DNA of 62,922 bases, counting the filler, from Atractiella rhizophila (taxonomy: Eukaryota): assembly GCA_021432655.1 (NCBI GenBank). It is 5 parts of 5 records of this genome, joined end to end, with 100 filler letters (N's around TTAATTAATTAA, not from the genome) between each part and the next. Parts side by side here need not be neighbours in the genome. Positions count along the whole stretch, not along the records: positions 16,850 to 33,565 come from MU271893.1; positions 33,666 to 50,379 come from MU271894.1; 3 more parts are not named here. One strand, written 5' to 3'. The notes below the pieces were generated by a model. It searched no databases and was not told the origin of the DNA. It saw nothing but the letters and a program-made list of their open reading frames with translations. Positions 21,137-34,561 of this stretch are shown here, piece by piece (positions within the stretch are counted from its first letter, which is position 1; the number at the start of each line of letters is the position of its first letter). Made by a program: the position numbers and the translations under genes.

Positions 21137-21751
21137 CCTTGCTTTGATAAACCTTGGCCTACACTGAGAGGAGTGAGCACAGGCTTGCAGCTATCCATCT
21201 TCTGTCGAGAGAGAAGGTCCTTAACGTATTGCTCCTGATCCACACATCTTCTTGTGCTTCCTATCACACCTAATCCTCACTCCAAGCAAAAATTCCATCG
21301 CTCCAAGGTCTATCTGAGGGAAATGGAGGCTGGATGGAGCTAGGGGACAGGAGTTAGTGCTCAAAGATGATAGGATTGGTGAGGAAACACATACCTAGGG
21401 GACAGGGGTTGGTGGTCAAAGATGATGACCATCAAGGCTGCCCCCAGGGAGAAAAACTATGAAGTGAGTAAACACAGCAAAGAGATCTACTCGATGGTGA
21501 AGTCAAGGTGATTGTCCCAGTCTTCGTGGATGATATAATGATTGCTAGCATGTCCAGAAGCGCTGCGGAGGAGTTCAAGAAGGAGTTAGGGAAGAGATTC
21601 AAGCTGAGGGTGTTGGATTAGGTGTTATATTTCATGGTGTTGTCTCTGTGTGGTCAGTCACAGAGACTGCTGTCACACTTGACTTTGGTGAAGCCCACGG
21701 AAACGAGTTCCTTGTCCAGTTTCTTCTGCCATTGACGACCTCCTTGCCTGG

Positions 21752-22356
21752 TGTTGGATTAGGTGTTATATTTCATGGTCTTGTGTTGTGTGGTCAGCCA
21801 CCTTTGTTGTGTTTGCTCACTTCATAGCTTTAGCCCCCTAGGGGGCAATTTAGGCAGTCATCATCTTTGACCACCAATCCCTGTCCCCCTAGCTCTGTAA
21901 TGGTTAGGCCACATACATTGGAGATACTGGAACCTTCTGGAACCTCTTAGAACAGTCTAGAACATTACTCTGGAATATAGTAGAACAGTCTACAACATTC
22001 TCTGAATAACCTTAACTGCCATCGCCTGGAGTGTCTGGAATATTCTGGAACAATTCCGTAACCACATAAAAGGAGCTCAAACGAGTGAGGATTCCAGATA
22101 TTCCAACAACTCTACTCCTCCAGCACATTATAGAGACTGGATCAACACATCCGCAACCAACCTTTCAAACCTCTTGTATACATTGGAATAACATAAGGAT
22201 TACCGACAACCAACAACGTCAAGTCTTATGCCTAGCTTCTTATGAAAGGATTGTTGTTTAAACCTAGTGTGAAAGAGATCAAAGGACATAAACTGTAAAG
22301 TCTAGTCATGAAACCTTCTAACATTTACAAGCTCCATCCAGCATCAGATTCTCTCA
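21752..22356 (+). repeat. LTR family B copy, split by solo LTR-C
   Basis: Reverse complement of 17122-17341 with one internal repeat missing; resumes after the LTR-C target duplication. Confidence 0.8.
21896..22329. mobile_element. Solo LTR family C (434 bp) with 5-bp target duplication
   Basis: TGTAA...TTACA ends, with AGCTC at 21891-21895 and 22330-22334. Confidence 0.9.
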
Positions 22357-23320
22357 TGAGAGTGAAGGATTGAAGATCTTCCTGAGGGTGTAGTCCTTAG
22401 AAAGAGTATTGGTGAAGTCCAGGAGCAGCTGGTCGCTTCTGGCACACAGGGTGATGAGGAATTCACTTTCCTTCTTCTGGGTGGCAAGCTATAGTGTATT
22501 GTATTGGTTATCTTTTGACTCTCATGAGCATCACTATGTCTGTAGTTTAGTTCTGCCTAGGAATGTTGGTGCTTATAATTGACCACCAAATGCTCCTAGG
22601 TATTGTTGGATAAGGTGTTATATTTCATGGTGTTGTATTTGTGTGGTCAGCCACCTTTGTTGTGTTTACTTACTTCATACTTTTAACCCCTGGGAGGCAG
22701 TTCAGGCAGTCATCATCTTTGACCACCGACTCCTGCCCTAGCTCCATCCAGCCTCAGATTCTTTCACAGACTTCTTCTTGATAGCAAACATTCATCTGGA
22801 TCCAGTGACCTTTGCTCTCTTTGTGGCTTTGATGCACCTAACTCTTGTTGCCCAGGTGTACTTCACTGTGGCCTCATGCCAGTGTTTGCTTCTGGAGTCT
22901 TCATAGCTTCTGCATATGTCTTGGCGATGTGTTCCTGCATTTGTGCAACCAAGGCATGGTCAGTAACCACCATATGTTCCTAAGTCAGAGTGGTCAACAT
23001 CTAAAATTTTGGCCTAGTAATCTTAACCTGTACAAACTAACTTGCAGCCACGTGAGAGCAATAGGGATGTCACAAGATAGTTCCTTCCCTTCCAGTCATC
23101 ATGACCAACATTTATAATTGTATGGATAGCAAATACATCTGGCCTTGCTCAGTGATATATTACAGTTGGTAACCTCTTCAGATTTCTCTTGAGATCACGA
23201 GTACAATCGAGGCAGGTAACTTTTTTATTAGTCATTAAAACGAACTCGCAAAGTTGTGCTGCAGTGTGTCATGTGAGACACCGTAAATGGGTAAGTGTAT
23301 TCACATTTATGACCTGAGCA

Positions 23321-25031
23321 CTAATCTATCTCATTTTCATCCGTAATGCCGATTAATGGCTGCATCGGCTCTTGCTTGCTGAATTCAGAAAGATCAAAAA
23401 CTTTGCTCATCGCGGAAAATGCATCCCAAATTTGGAAAGTTGCCTGTGAGCCTGCAAAGGCAATAGTCGTGGCGTCGTCAGGACAGAAAGTAGCTGAGAA
23501 AACTTTCCCCTGAGACAGTAATCAGAACTTAATGAATAAGAGTTCTGTTTTAACTTACGACACCAAAATCATGTCCAGCTACTAATGAGATCGAGTCTTT
23601 GTCATGAGTTCTGCCATACGACCACAATTTCACCATTTTGTCCGTACCGCCAGTGACTAAGCAACCTCGAAGGAAAGGATTGATATCTAATGCTGATGCA
23701 GCTCCGTCATGGGCCGCCAACGTCCACACAGGTTTTGAAGACATTTGATCTGTCAGCATGCGGGAGTCGAAGCACTGCACTATCCCACTTTCCTGCGAAA
23801 CCTGCTACATCATCAACCAATGCCAGATAGATGCTTCCACACCCACCATAAAATTATATAGATCCCAGCAGTCCCAGCGCACACATTCGACGTCTGAGTT
23901 CAGCGTGACTCCAACAGCTGCGTTTACGGCGCGTGTATCAAACGCCTTTACCGTCCGATCATAGCTCCCGGACAGCAGAGCAGTAGGTTGAGTCAAGTTC
24001 CATTGTACAGCCTGCACTTTATCGCTATGTATGTTATCGAAAGAACGGAGGGCAACCGACCCGGCAGGCAGAGAAAGATCCCAAAGCTTGATTGTGGCGT
24101 CCGCTGATGCTGAAGCAAGCAAATTTCTATGCGAGCGATTCCAAGCCAACCCGAGAATAGAATCTGAGTGGAACCCTGGATTCTGCGACGATGTTGACCT
24201 CTTTTTAGTTCTTTTATTCTTTTTGGACGGTTTATATTCGGCAACCAGGTCTTTTGGCTCCCCAAGGATGTTGGTAGGACAAACGGCGTCCAGCGTATCA
24301 AGGCACCATATTTCAATTTCCGGATCAAGGGTACCCACAGCCACAAAGTTACCACTTTCCGGTCTCTCTCCAGAGAAATCTAGCCATTCCAAGCAGAGAG
24401 GCATTGCGGGGAGGAGGATATCGTGGTGTGCATATACCGAAGGGTTCTGGACATCGCTGTCATACACGTAAATCTCAAGCAAAGATACTTCGTCTTGCGT
24501 CTTTGCGACCACAAGAAGGTTGTCAGCCGGCAATATCTCCAATTCCTCGCGCTCTAGATCCTCATCAGTTGTCTTGAGCGTTATGTAAGGGTCGTCAGCG
24601 GAGTCCTGATAAACGGCTAATCGAGCCGAGTTGGAGAATATGGCGGCGCCTAGTAGATACATGAGAGTAGCAAAGGCGGAGAAAAACAACAAACCGCCTA
24701 CTTCCGCATCATACCTCTCAAGGTTAAACGCAGACAAATCATCGGGATCCTGAGTTGCTCTTTCTTCTTCGACATCCATGGCGTCATTGTCATCGTTGAT
24801 GCTTGATGAGCTTGAAGCACTATAAGGATCACGATAAGAAATTGAGCTCCTGGAAGAAAATTTCGTAAATACTCACTCTTCCCATCCAAGTTCCTCATTC
24901 TCTCCTAACGAGGGTAACCTGGTGAATCGTGACACCTTCCTGACATCCTCTTCACACAGACTAGCTCTTTTAGGATTTCTTTCTGCTACACCTCGCTTTA
25001 TCCATGTTGTTGCACTGATTAGGGAAGTCAT
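23321..25031 (-). CDS. PWP1: Periodic tryptophan protein 1 (WD40, ribosome biogenesis), multi-exon
   Basis: MTSLISATTWIKRGVA, DDPYITL, YAHHDILLPAMPLCLEWLD, VAVGTLDPEIEIW and LASASADATIKLWDL. Confidence 0.92.
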
Positions 25032-25190
25032 GACAGAATTTTTGCTTGGTAGTGGCCTGCGAGACCTGAGGGGGTAAGCTTGCTTTCAGATAGATAAACT
25101 TATTTAAATTTTCTCGGGATTTGGTGCGTTCTCAGCGATCGTGAAAGACGAAAACGTGTGGGCAACATCAGAAGGGAGCTCTAAGGCAGA

Positions 25191-27500
25191 ATGGCTTCTA
25201 TCTTTGCAAAAGATCCACGATCGACGCTGATGCTTGGAGGAGGCGAGAGGTCATCTGGGGCTGAAGTCAGGTGGGCGGCGCACTTTCCCTCCGTGTGTTT
25301 TGGTAAGGAGGGAAGTATAGAGACGCCAACGTGCAAGCCGTCATGGGGGTGGCAAATGTGATTCGGAGTTCACTGGGGCCTGGTATGCCGCTTCTATAAG
25401 CTATCATTTACTGACTGTTCCTAGTGGGTTTGGACAAGCTTCTCATCGATGATTCAGGAGACATGACCATCTCCAACGATGGCGCAACAATATTATCGCT
25501 TCTAGATGTAAGCGTCGGAGCTTGCACGCGACATTGCCCTGATTTTCTTGACTTTGAGATCGTCCATCCTGCTGGCAAGATATTGCAGCAGTTAGCGCGA
25601 CAACAGGTAATGTCGCCCACGTTCTAATTCGAATTTATATTTACTGCGTTCCAGGATGAGGAAGTAGGAGATGGGACGACATCAGTGGTTATTCTTGCAG
25701 CAGAGCTTTTACGCCGGGCAAACGACCTGATCCGAAACAAGATTCATCCTACGTCTGTCATAACAGGATACAGAGTAGCGTGCCGTCTGGCAGTCAAGCA
25801 TCTGAATGAAGTCCTTAGCGTGAAGATCGACAATCTTTCTAGGGAAGCACTGTTAAATGTTGCCAAGACGTCCATGTCCAGCAAAATTATTGGCAGGTGT
25901 GGTTGCTACTATCCACTCCTGAAATGAATTGACATCCGGGGCTAAGCGACGACGATTTCTTTGCCAATATGGCCGTGGACGCGATGCTTGCCGTAAAAAA
26001 TGTAAGAAACCTCAGAACATTGTTCAGGTGGTTATCTGATGCTGTTATTTGATGCTGCTCAGGTAAACAGCCGTGGAGAGCTGAAGTATCCCGTCAAAGC
26101 AGTTAACATTCTCAAAGCACATGGTCGCTCAGCGACGGAATCCCTGCTCGTGAAGGGATATGCTCTCAACTGTACGGTTGCCAGTCAAGGTATGTTTCTA
26201 TTTGTAACGGTACCTGTGCTCAACACTGCATAGCTATGCTAAAACGCATTTCTAACGCCAAGATCGCCTGTCTTGAAATCGACTTGCGAAAGCAGAGGAT
26301 GAATTTGGGAGTCCATATCACTGTCAATGACCCAGATGAGCTTGAGGCAATACGCAAACGGTATGCCAGATTCTACCCATGCAAGTTTCTTGACATTCGG
26401 TCGCATCCAGGGAAGCGGACCTAGTCTTAGAGCGGATTGACAAGATCCTCAAAGCGGGGGTCAACGTAGTGCTTACAACGAAGGGTATCGATGATTTGTG
26501 TCTGAAGGTGTGTGCTGCACTCTGCCCTTAATTGCACCTGATGTGAAAGTGGTAGGCATTCGTTGAAGCGGGGGCCATGGCCGTGAGACGTTGTAAGAAA
26601 GAGGATTTACGGCGAATAGCTAAAGCAACTGGCGCACGACTTATTAGCACATTGGCGAACATGGAAGGGGACGAAAGTTTTGAGACGTCCGCTATTGGCT
26701 ATGCAGATGAAGTCGTCCAAGAGCGAATCGGAGACGACGAATGCATTCTCATAAAAGGGACAAAGGCAGTGTCGAGCTCGTCCATCATATTGAGAGGAGC
26801 CAATGGTGTGTAGGTATTCACAGTAGACGTCTGACGCTAAACTTTCAGCTAGACTATATGCTTGATGAGATGGAGCGCTCGTTGCACGACTGCCTCTCAG
26901 TCATCAAACGTACCCTAGAATCGGGGAGTGTTGTTGCTGGGGGCGGGGCTGTTGAAACAGCTCTCAGTATTTACCTCGAAAACTTTGCGACCAGCTTAGT
27001 ATGTTTCTCTGTCTTCTTATCTTCGTAACTCATATGTTGTTAGGGGTCGCGAGAGCAACTTGCGATCGCTGAATTTGCCAACGCATTGCTGATTATTCCA
27101 AAAACTCTTGCAGTCAATGCTGCAAAAGATGCGACAGATCTCGTCGCCAAACTCCGCGCCTATCATAATGCCTCGCAAGCAGCAGGTCCAGACGATCCTA
27201 AAAAGGCTTTAAAAAACTATGGTCTTGATCTAATGGAAGGCAAAATCCGAGGTTGGCTAATTTCATACACAGAACTAATCACTGATCGCTGCTTTAGACA
27301 ACCTGAAAGCTGGTGTCCTTGAGCCTAGTATGTCTAAAGTGCGAGCCCTCAAGAGCGCATTGGAGGCATGCACAAGCATCATCCGAATTGACGATTTTAT
27401 CAAGGTAGTCTGACATTTCACAATGCGTGCCAACGGCTCACAAATGCATTCTCAGGTACCACCAGAGCAGCAAAGAGAAGCTGAGCCTCATGATCACTGA
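25191..27500 (+). CDS. CCT1: T-complex protein 1 subunit alpha (chaperonin CCT), multi-exon
   Basis: [61 protein letters not shown] and VVAGGGAVE. Confidence 0.95.
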
Positions 27501-27615
27501 TTGTAAATCTTGACTAACAATCATGCCTCTGTTGATCAATATGCCATTGTCTGATTATAACAAAGTGTTTACAAGGTGGTGTTTACAGCTTAAGTTACAT
27601 CAAACAGTAAATGCC

Positions 27616-28573
27616 TCACATAAAGTCATCGTCATCAAGATCTAAATTCGCAGCGGCATCTAAATCATCCAAGGCACCTTTCTTGAAGTTTGCTGTAGGC
27701 CTGGCTGCTTTGGCTCCGCCTTTCTTTTTGCTGGTTCCTTTAGATTGACTTTGCTTTTCACTACCATGTATGTGAGAGGAGAAAGAGAGGGCGATCGAAG
27801 ATACATACTTTGCAAGTGCAGTTAGTTGGCTAGCCACTTTACGGCAGTCAACATCCTTCAATGGCTGACAGAGAGATCGGATGAACTGCTCCAGAAAATA
27901 GCCGTAGAGAGGCTTGTTGCAGTTTTTATCGACGATCATAGCGGACAGTTGACTCGCAAAAGTGTCAAAATCGGCTCGCGAGATTGGATTGGAGTTGATG
28001 ATAGCTTCGGAATTGGAAAGCGCCAGGTCACCAAACAATGACTTTGCATTTTCTAAATCGGCAGCAATCTGCGCTTGCTGCTCCCGTCGTTTCCGAAGCA
28101 AAGGATCTGAAGCTTCCGCCGCCGCCTAAAGCGCACTAATATCAGGAGGTCTTGACCATTTAAAAGCAAGAAATATGCACTCGTGCCTCGAGTTCAGCCT
28201 GGCGTGCATCTTCAGCTTCTCGCTGAGCGATCTTTTGCTTCGTGATGCCTGTCACATAACTTCAAGCTTGATTTAGCACAGGCTACACAACCTGCCTTTC
28301 TGCCTGATGGGTTTGGGAGTGCCAGTTAGTTTCGAAGCTGGCTTTTCCTCTTCATCGGACGCGTCCCACTCGTCCTAGGATCGTCAGTGGGATTTAATCG
28401 GCGTTTGGAGTAGCAAACCTTTGGTTCATCTGATTCAGCGTCTTCATCTTCCCACTTGCCCTTTTTCTTCACCATTGGCGCGAGCTTCGGCTCATCGTCA
28501 CTTTTGTCTAACAGAATGCTCAGCTATATCTTTGGCTTCTAGCATCTCACTGACCCCATTCTTCGCTCGACAT
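27616..28573 (-). CDS. HCR1: Translation initiation factor eIF3 subunit J, multi-exon
   Basis: Acidic N-terminus with WEDED and DEWDASDEE, ADLENAKSLFG, and C-terminal DDDDFM. Confidence 0.88.
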
Positions 28574-28718
28574 GTTTGTTAGTGGCGTCCTGAGTGGAAG
28601 CTGGAAGGATTAAAGTTTTCAACTCTGAGTCCCGCTGCAGTGCTGGAGTCATGCTGAACCATTTTGATCCTCGATCACTTGCAATAATATTCAGTGGAGG
28701 TCAGCTTACAGTGTGAAT

Positions 28719-30814
28719 ATGGTAGAGGAACCAGCAACTAAAAAAATGCTCGTCAATAAGCATGGGTGTCCTTGGATTATACAGAAATACGGGGGAACCA
28801 GCCTTGGTAAGTTCAGTGCTGCAGTTGGGGATATTACTACGTGCGTTACTCGCTTCTCGATCCTCCCTGACTTATCAAAGAAGGCTGATGGCTATGAAGG
28901 GCGTATCTCCAAGACAACAAAAGGGTTGCACTGGTATGCTCTGCCCGGTCTGGCAGTACAAAAGCAACGGGTACAACCAATTTACTCCTCAAATGCACGT
29001 TGGAAGCCGTTCGTCCAACCAAAGGACCGACGATAGTGAATAATGGTCGTTCTGGGTCGCCTGCATTTCTAGCAAGACCAACCCCTGCTGCACGAATAAC
29101 CTCACACTCAGAATCCTCGACAACAGAAGACCCAAGGACTCTATCTCACTGTCTATCATCTTCCTTTTCAGTTGATGATCAGCCGCCGCCGCCGTATGCT
29201 CTTACAGTGAAACAAATTTTGGAGGACCACTTGAAAGCTGCGAGGCAGGTTGTACGCGATAAACAGTTGCGTGAAGAACTGGAAGAAGAGCTTGAATGGG
29301 AGTGCGAGAAGTTGCACAATTACCTTGCCGCCATTCAAGTGCGTGTTCCATCGAAAGGGCGTCAAAAGTCTGAAGGATCTACATGTAGATCCTGGGCGAA
29401 ATTTCACCTCGTAGTAAGGACACAGTCATTTCAGTTGGTGAGCGCTTGTCTGCCAAAATTACAACTGCCCTTCTTCGAGATCGGGTACGCTCGAAATTCG
29501 TTGCTTTTGATTGTCACTCTAATCTTTGAGAAAGGGGATCGATGCAGAGTTTGTGGGGTTAGAAAACATAATTCAGCGAGATATGGAGGACACAACAGGA
29601 ACCATTGACCCATTCGTGCAGCAACTTGGGCAGCCATTTCATGACAATCTCTCGCGACTTCTAGGGGAACGAATCACAGAGTGTGGAGAAAGAGTGCCTG
29701 TGCTAACAGGTACCTCTGGCACCGAGTTCAAGGTCATCTTGCTGACTGGGAACAGGATTTTTTGGGGCGTGCCCAGGTTCACTATTGGCGCAAGTTGGTC
29801 GCGGATACAGTGACCTCTGTGCAGCTCTCTGTGCTGTGGGAGTGAAAGCTGCAGAGCTTGAAATCTGGAAGGAGGTTGGGTTTTGTTTTTCCAAGAAGAC
29901 TTCTAGAACTGAACCGAGGTGCGGAGGTTGACGGAATTTTCACAGCCGATCCATCCAAGGTGTGTTGTACATGAATGTGTTAGGTGAAGCTAACGGCAAC
30001 TTGCAGGTGCCGACCGCTAGATTGCTATCCTCCATAACTCCGGAGGAAGCGCAGGAAATAACATACTATGGGTCAGAAGTCGTTCATCCCACAGTTAGAT
30101 CCTTTCCTTTCCGCTCTAAATGAATAGTTCTGAATAGCCCCCCAGACTATGAACCAAGCTATCAGAGTTGAGATCCCAATTCGCATCAAGAACGTCTCCA
30201 ATAGTGCTGGGCATGGAACTATTGTCTATCCTGAGCCACTTGTGGCTCCCACAGATGTGCACCAGAAATTGCGATTGCCAACCGCCATTACCAGTAAAGA
30301 GTCGGTCATAATTATCAACGTGAAAAGCAACAGGAAAACCCTTTCGCATGGTTTCTTCGCACGGGTTTTTGGGATCCTTGATCGGTATGGAGTCGCCGTG
30401 GATTTGATAGCAACGAGCGAAGTTCAACTTAGCATGGCTATCCCTTCTATACGGGCGATCGTACTCGAGCGCATTCTGACTGACTTACAAGCTTTCGGTG
30501 AAGTATCTGTGCAAAGAGAGATGGCAATCCTCTCTCTCGTTGGAAGGCTAAAGAATATGGTGGGAATTGCGGCCCGATTTTTCGATGTGTTGGCGGAGAA
30601 CCAAATCAACCTCGAAATGATAAGTCAAGGTGCTTCAGAGACAAACATTAGTTGTGTCATCGCGGCAAAACAGGCACCTCGAGCTTTGAATTTAGTGCAT
30701 CAAAAACTCTTCACACCGGGATTCGACCTGCCACAGACCAATTCTTATGCAGGTATGCAGCCCCCCTCAACAAGAAGTTTGGCTGATGGAGTGCAAGGAC
30801 CGTGGTTCTTTTGA
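28719..30814 (+). CDS. HOM3: Aspartate kinase with C-terminal ACT domains, multi-exon
   Basis: WIIQKYGGTSLGK, VCSARSGSTKATGTTNLLL, GRGYSDLCAALCAVG, WKEVDGIFTADP, YYGSEVVHP and EMISQGASETNISCVI. Confidence 0.93.
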
Positions 30815-30911
30815 AACCAAATTAGATTGACGGGATATGAACTAGAGAGCTGGATGGACTGAATAATACAGAATCTACAAGGTCAAAGGTCAAAGAAAAC
30901 TAGAAAGACAT

Positions 30912-33510
30912 TCAGAGTAGAGTCAACAAGGTATTATTACCCTCCAACTGCCAAACATCTAAATTTTCATATTCTTGAATGCAATCCTGTGATGCAGGGC
31001 ATAAGAAAACCCATGCAACAAGAAGGTAGAAATACATACCATGAGCTGATGCTCGGTATAACCTTGCATTAAAACTTGCTCGCGGATTTGTCGCATCTCC
31101 ACATGCTCCCGGGTCATGTCGACCTCCATGTCATCGTCATTCCGTCCTCTCGCAGTAGCGAACAGATTTCGAATAATTTGGTAGACTTTGCTGGTTGTGG
31201 TGCGATCGGTCTCTTCTCCCACATTGTCACCGCGGAACAGGCTTGCTTTACTGACTTCCATCAACCGCAATGCCTCATTCACATCTGGTATTTCCACCAC
31301 ATCGGCAAAACGTAAACGAGCGGCTGCTTGACTCAAACGCAAAACGGCAAGCAGGGTTCTGGCTGAAGTGTACGTAAAAGATTGCTCTCGTGCTTCTTCA
31401 TCTTGTTGTTGCTTACGAAGCTGAACATAGGCGCCGACGATGTAATCAGACACAGCCTTCGAAACCACGGGTCTTTTCTTGCGAGCAAGGGCGATGTAAT
31501 GACGCATCAGAATCGGACTTAAAGGTTCGTGTTGAAGAGGAGGGTGTTCATTGTGCATGTGAACGTAGGTGACGTGATGCGCTAATTCCTCGTCGTCGTC
31601 TCTGGAGGGTCTATCGAGAATGAGGAAGAGAAGGTCGAACCTGGAAAGAAGCGCGGCGGGTAGATTAATGTTCTCAACTGGCGAGACCTTAGTGTTATAT
31701 CGCCCATAAAGAGGATTAGCAGCCGCTAGAATAGAGGTCCTAGCATTTAATGTAGTAGTGATACCAGCTTTAGAGATCGATATGGTTTGCTGTTCCATTA
31801 CTTCGTGAATGGCCGTCCGGTCTGCTTCCTCCATCTTATCGAACTCATCAATGCAAGCGATTCCGTTGTCGGCAAGCACCAGGGCTCCGCCCTCTAAGAC
31901 AGAATCAAAATCAGTGGGCTAAGTGGGGTGCAGGAAGTACCTAGAACCATTTCATCCGTGACAGGATCTCTCATGACAGCGGCAGTCAATCCCACACCAG
32001 AAGAACCCCGGCCCGTCGTATACACACCTCGAGGAGCGACTTTGGAAATATATTTTAGGAGCTGAGACTTGGCCACTCCAGGATCTCCCATGAGACAAAT
32101 ATTGATATCGCCCCGAATCATCATACCATCGCTGACATCCTTCGTGACCCCGCCGACCATGAGAAGTAGTAAAGCTTTCTTCACATCTTCATGACCGAAG
32201 ATTTCGGGAGCAATGCTGCAAGCGAGGCGTTGATACGCTGCTGGGTCTTGTTTCAATTCGATGATCTCACGTTCAATCTGCGGTGTGACATCCAGATTCG
32301 TGTACTGCTTCTTGAGCTGCCTCACATGGTGGGCCTCTAGATATGTATCCGTAAGAAGACCTGCCCGGAGCGCTCGAAAGCCTGAATATGGGACTGGAAC
32401 GAATATGCCGGATATATGAACCACATCACCAGGGCTGACAGATCGAGTGATAGCCCCGAAGAGGTGAACAGACATTGAACGAGGTATGTGACCGACCGGT
32501 ACTTGGTCTGCCTGATACAGGATGAAGCGGTGCTATAGAAGGAGTAGAACGACGTACAAGCTCTTGGATTTTGACCTCCTGGAACGATTCGAATTTGCTG
32601 GCTCGAGTCTGCATATGAAGTGAACCTTTGATAGTGTTGCTGACACAAGTCTGCGAGATGCAATCTTGCAGTGGTGTCACGCTTTTGTCATCGACTTCTT
32701 GAAATATCTCCATTCCGCAAGAATCGCACGAGTAAGCATTGACAAGAAGTAGGGGCTTTACTTCCGAAACCCTCGTTACGATGCCTGCCACTGTGATAAA
32801 CTTGCCCAGATGAGCTCCTTTCACCTGCCGAACAGCCAAGGGGACAATTGGGCGAGGTGGTTTGAAGTAAACATTGCTATAATGGGCATTTAGCAATGCA
32901 TACTCGAGGAGAAGGACGCACTATCGCCTTAAGAGTTGGGCAGGGAAAACGAGCTCCCCGACTTCCTCGTTCTGTGCATTCCTTTCCCTTCGCTGAGCAA
33001 CTATAACATCGAGGACGTCCTCCACAATTTCTCGATCTGGAGGGGGTAAATTGGAGTCAATAACCTTCCCGAAAAGCTCGACATATCGACGGGAATTTCC
33101 CATCACGTGGTTGATCAGCGCCTCGTTTCCGGTGTCGATATCGTACTATTCATCTTCGCACTCATCCATCGGTCCAAATCTAAAACGCACCTGTCTAAGA
33201 TCTTCCAAATCGATCTCAATCTTTGCGATTTGACGATTGGCTGCTTGTTGCTGAGACTCATCATGTACCCAAACATACCTCCAAAACGCGTTAGAAGACG
33301 CACCAAGATTTGCTTATATTTCAAACCTCTATCTTCACCAAGTAACGGCACGTCAGAAATGTCTAAATCTGCTATTCCTCCTTCTAGAATACCGTCATCA
33401 TCCTGAACTTTCGCCCCTTTGAAGGAGGTGAGAAAGGATTGGACGTGTCCGACTTCGTCTTCGTAATTAACCTTCCCATTGATGTTGTTGTACTCGCTCA
33501 ATGCAGCCAT
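30912..33510 (-). CDS. MCM7: DNA replication licensing factor MCM7, multi-exon
   Basis: [52 protein letters not shown] and [11 protein letters not shown]. Confidence 0.96.
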
Positions 33511-33565
33511 AACAATGGCATAGAGGATAGACGGATAGAGGGTTGTTGATGGGTGTTCACTGCAA

Positions 33566-33665
33566 NNNNNNNNNNNNNNNNNNNNNNNNNNNNNNNNNNN
33601 NNNNNNNNNTTAATTAATTAANNNNNNNNNNNNNNNNNNNNNNNNNNNNNNNNNNNNNNNNNNNN
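33566..33665. other. Artificial contig linker
   Basis: Same 100-bp N/TTAATTAATTAA spacer. Confidence 0.97.
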
Positions 33666-34398
33666 TCGGCGGATGGTTGGACATTGAGGAGGATGGGATG
33701 TTGGATTTTAATTTTGGTGGATTGGAAGGAAGAGCGGAGGGGAAGGATTCGGATGGGTTCGAAGTCAAGTCGGAGCTGAAATTTGGCGAGGGTGCAAAAC
33801 TGTTCGATGTTGAGAAGTTGCAAGTCAAGCTGAGGTATTCCATTTCTCTGTTCCCTTTTGAAGGAACTTTCGTGTTCACTCTGCGATCATAGGAACTTCG
33901 ATTACAAGATACACGACAGTTCTCACCCCATCCGTAACTTTCTCCTCCGCCCCCTCATGCGTCCCATAATCTCCTACGTCGTCCAATCAGCCCTCGAATC
34001 CGCTCTCACATCCGCCCTCTCCTCCCTAACCGCACCTTCTCCTCCCAGCCCCGCCAAGTCTCTCACCTCTCTCCTACCATCCGTCCCTACCTTCTCCACG
34101 ACACCACAAACGCACGCAACGCCAACACACGTAACGCGCAAGCCTGCCGACCGCTCTTCCCTCCTCACGTTCTCGTGGGCTCCATCGAAGAGGACGGTGG
34201 AGGGATGGACGCCGGCGAGGAAGAGGTGGGAGCACAAAGTCGAAGACGTGCATGAGGCCGTGGAGACAATTTATGGAGTCTGTTGAAGGGAGAAACGGAG
34301 CCCGGAGACGTTGCGGGTGCCTTCCGTGCGGAATTTGCGGCGGAGGAGGAACGGGAAAGGGAGTTGGAAAGGGGGCAGTGGAGGAGCGCTGTGTTTGA
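33666..34398 (+). CDS. 3' part of an uncharacterised fungal protein gene, truncated by the contig edge
   Basis: Coding-like exons FDVEKLQVKL | NFDYKIHDSSHPIRNFLLRPLMRP joined by a GT-AG intron. The stop position is uncertain. Confidence 0.5.
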
Positions 34399-34561
34399 TG
34401 TTTGGAAAACAGGGTGAGAGAACGTTTAATGTAAAATGTTAAGCAAATATTGCAAGGAAATGTTGTGATTTATGTGATTTATGTACACAAAAGAAGATGT
34501 GAAATAATCCACAAGGAAATAACTGCATGGCACAACTGAGTGACACCTTTTTGATTCGCAA

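Larger units (their letters stand above)
16850..23100. mobile_element. Nest of degenerate Ty1/Copia LTR retrotransposons and solo LTRs
   Basis: Protease, post-integrase, RT and RNase H fragments interleaved with multiple TG...CA repeats in both orientations. The right boundary is approximate. Confidence 0.92.
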
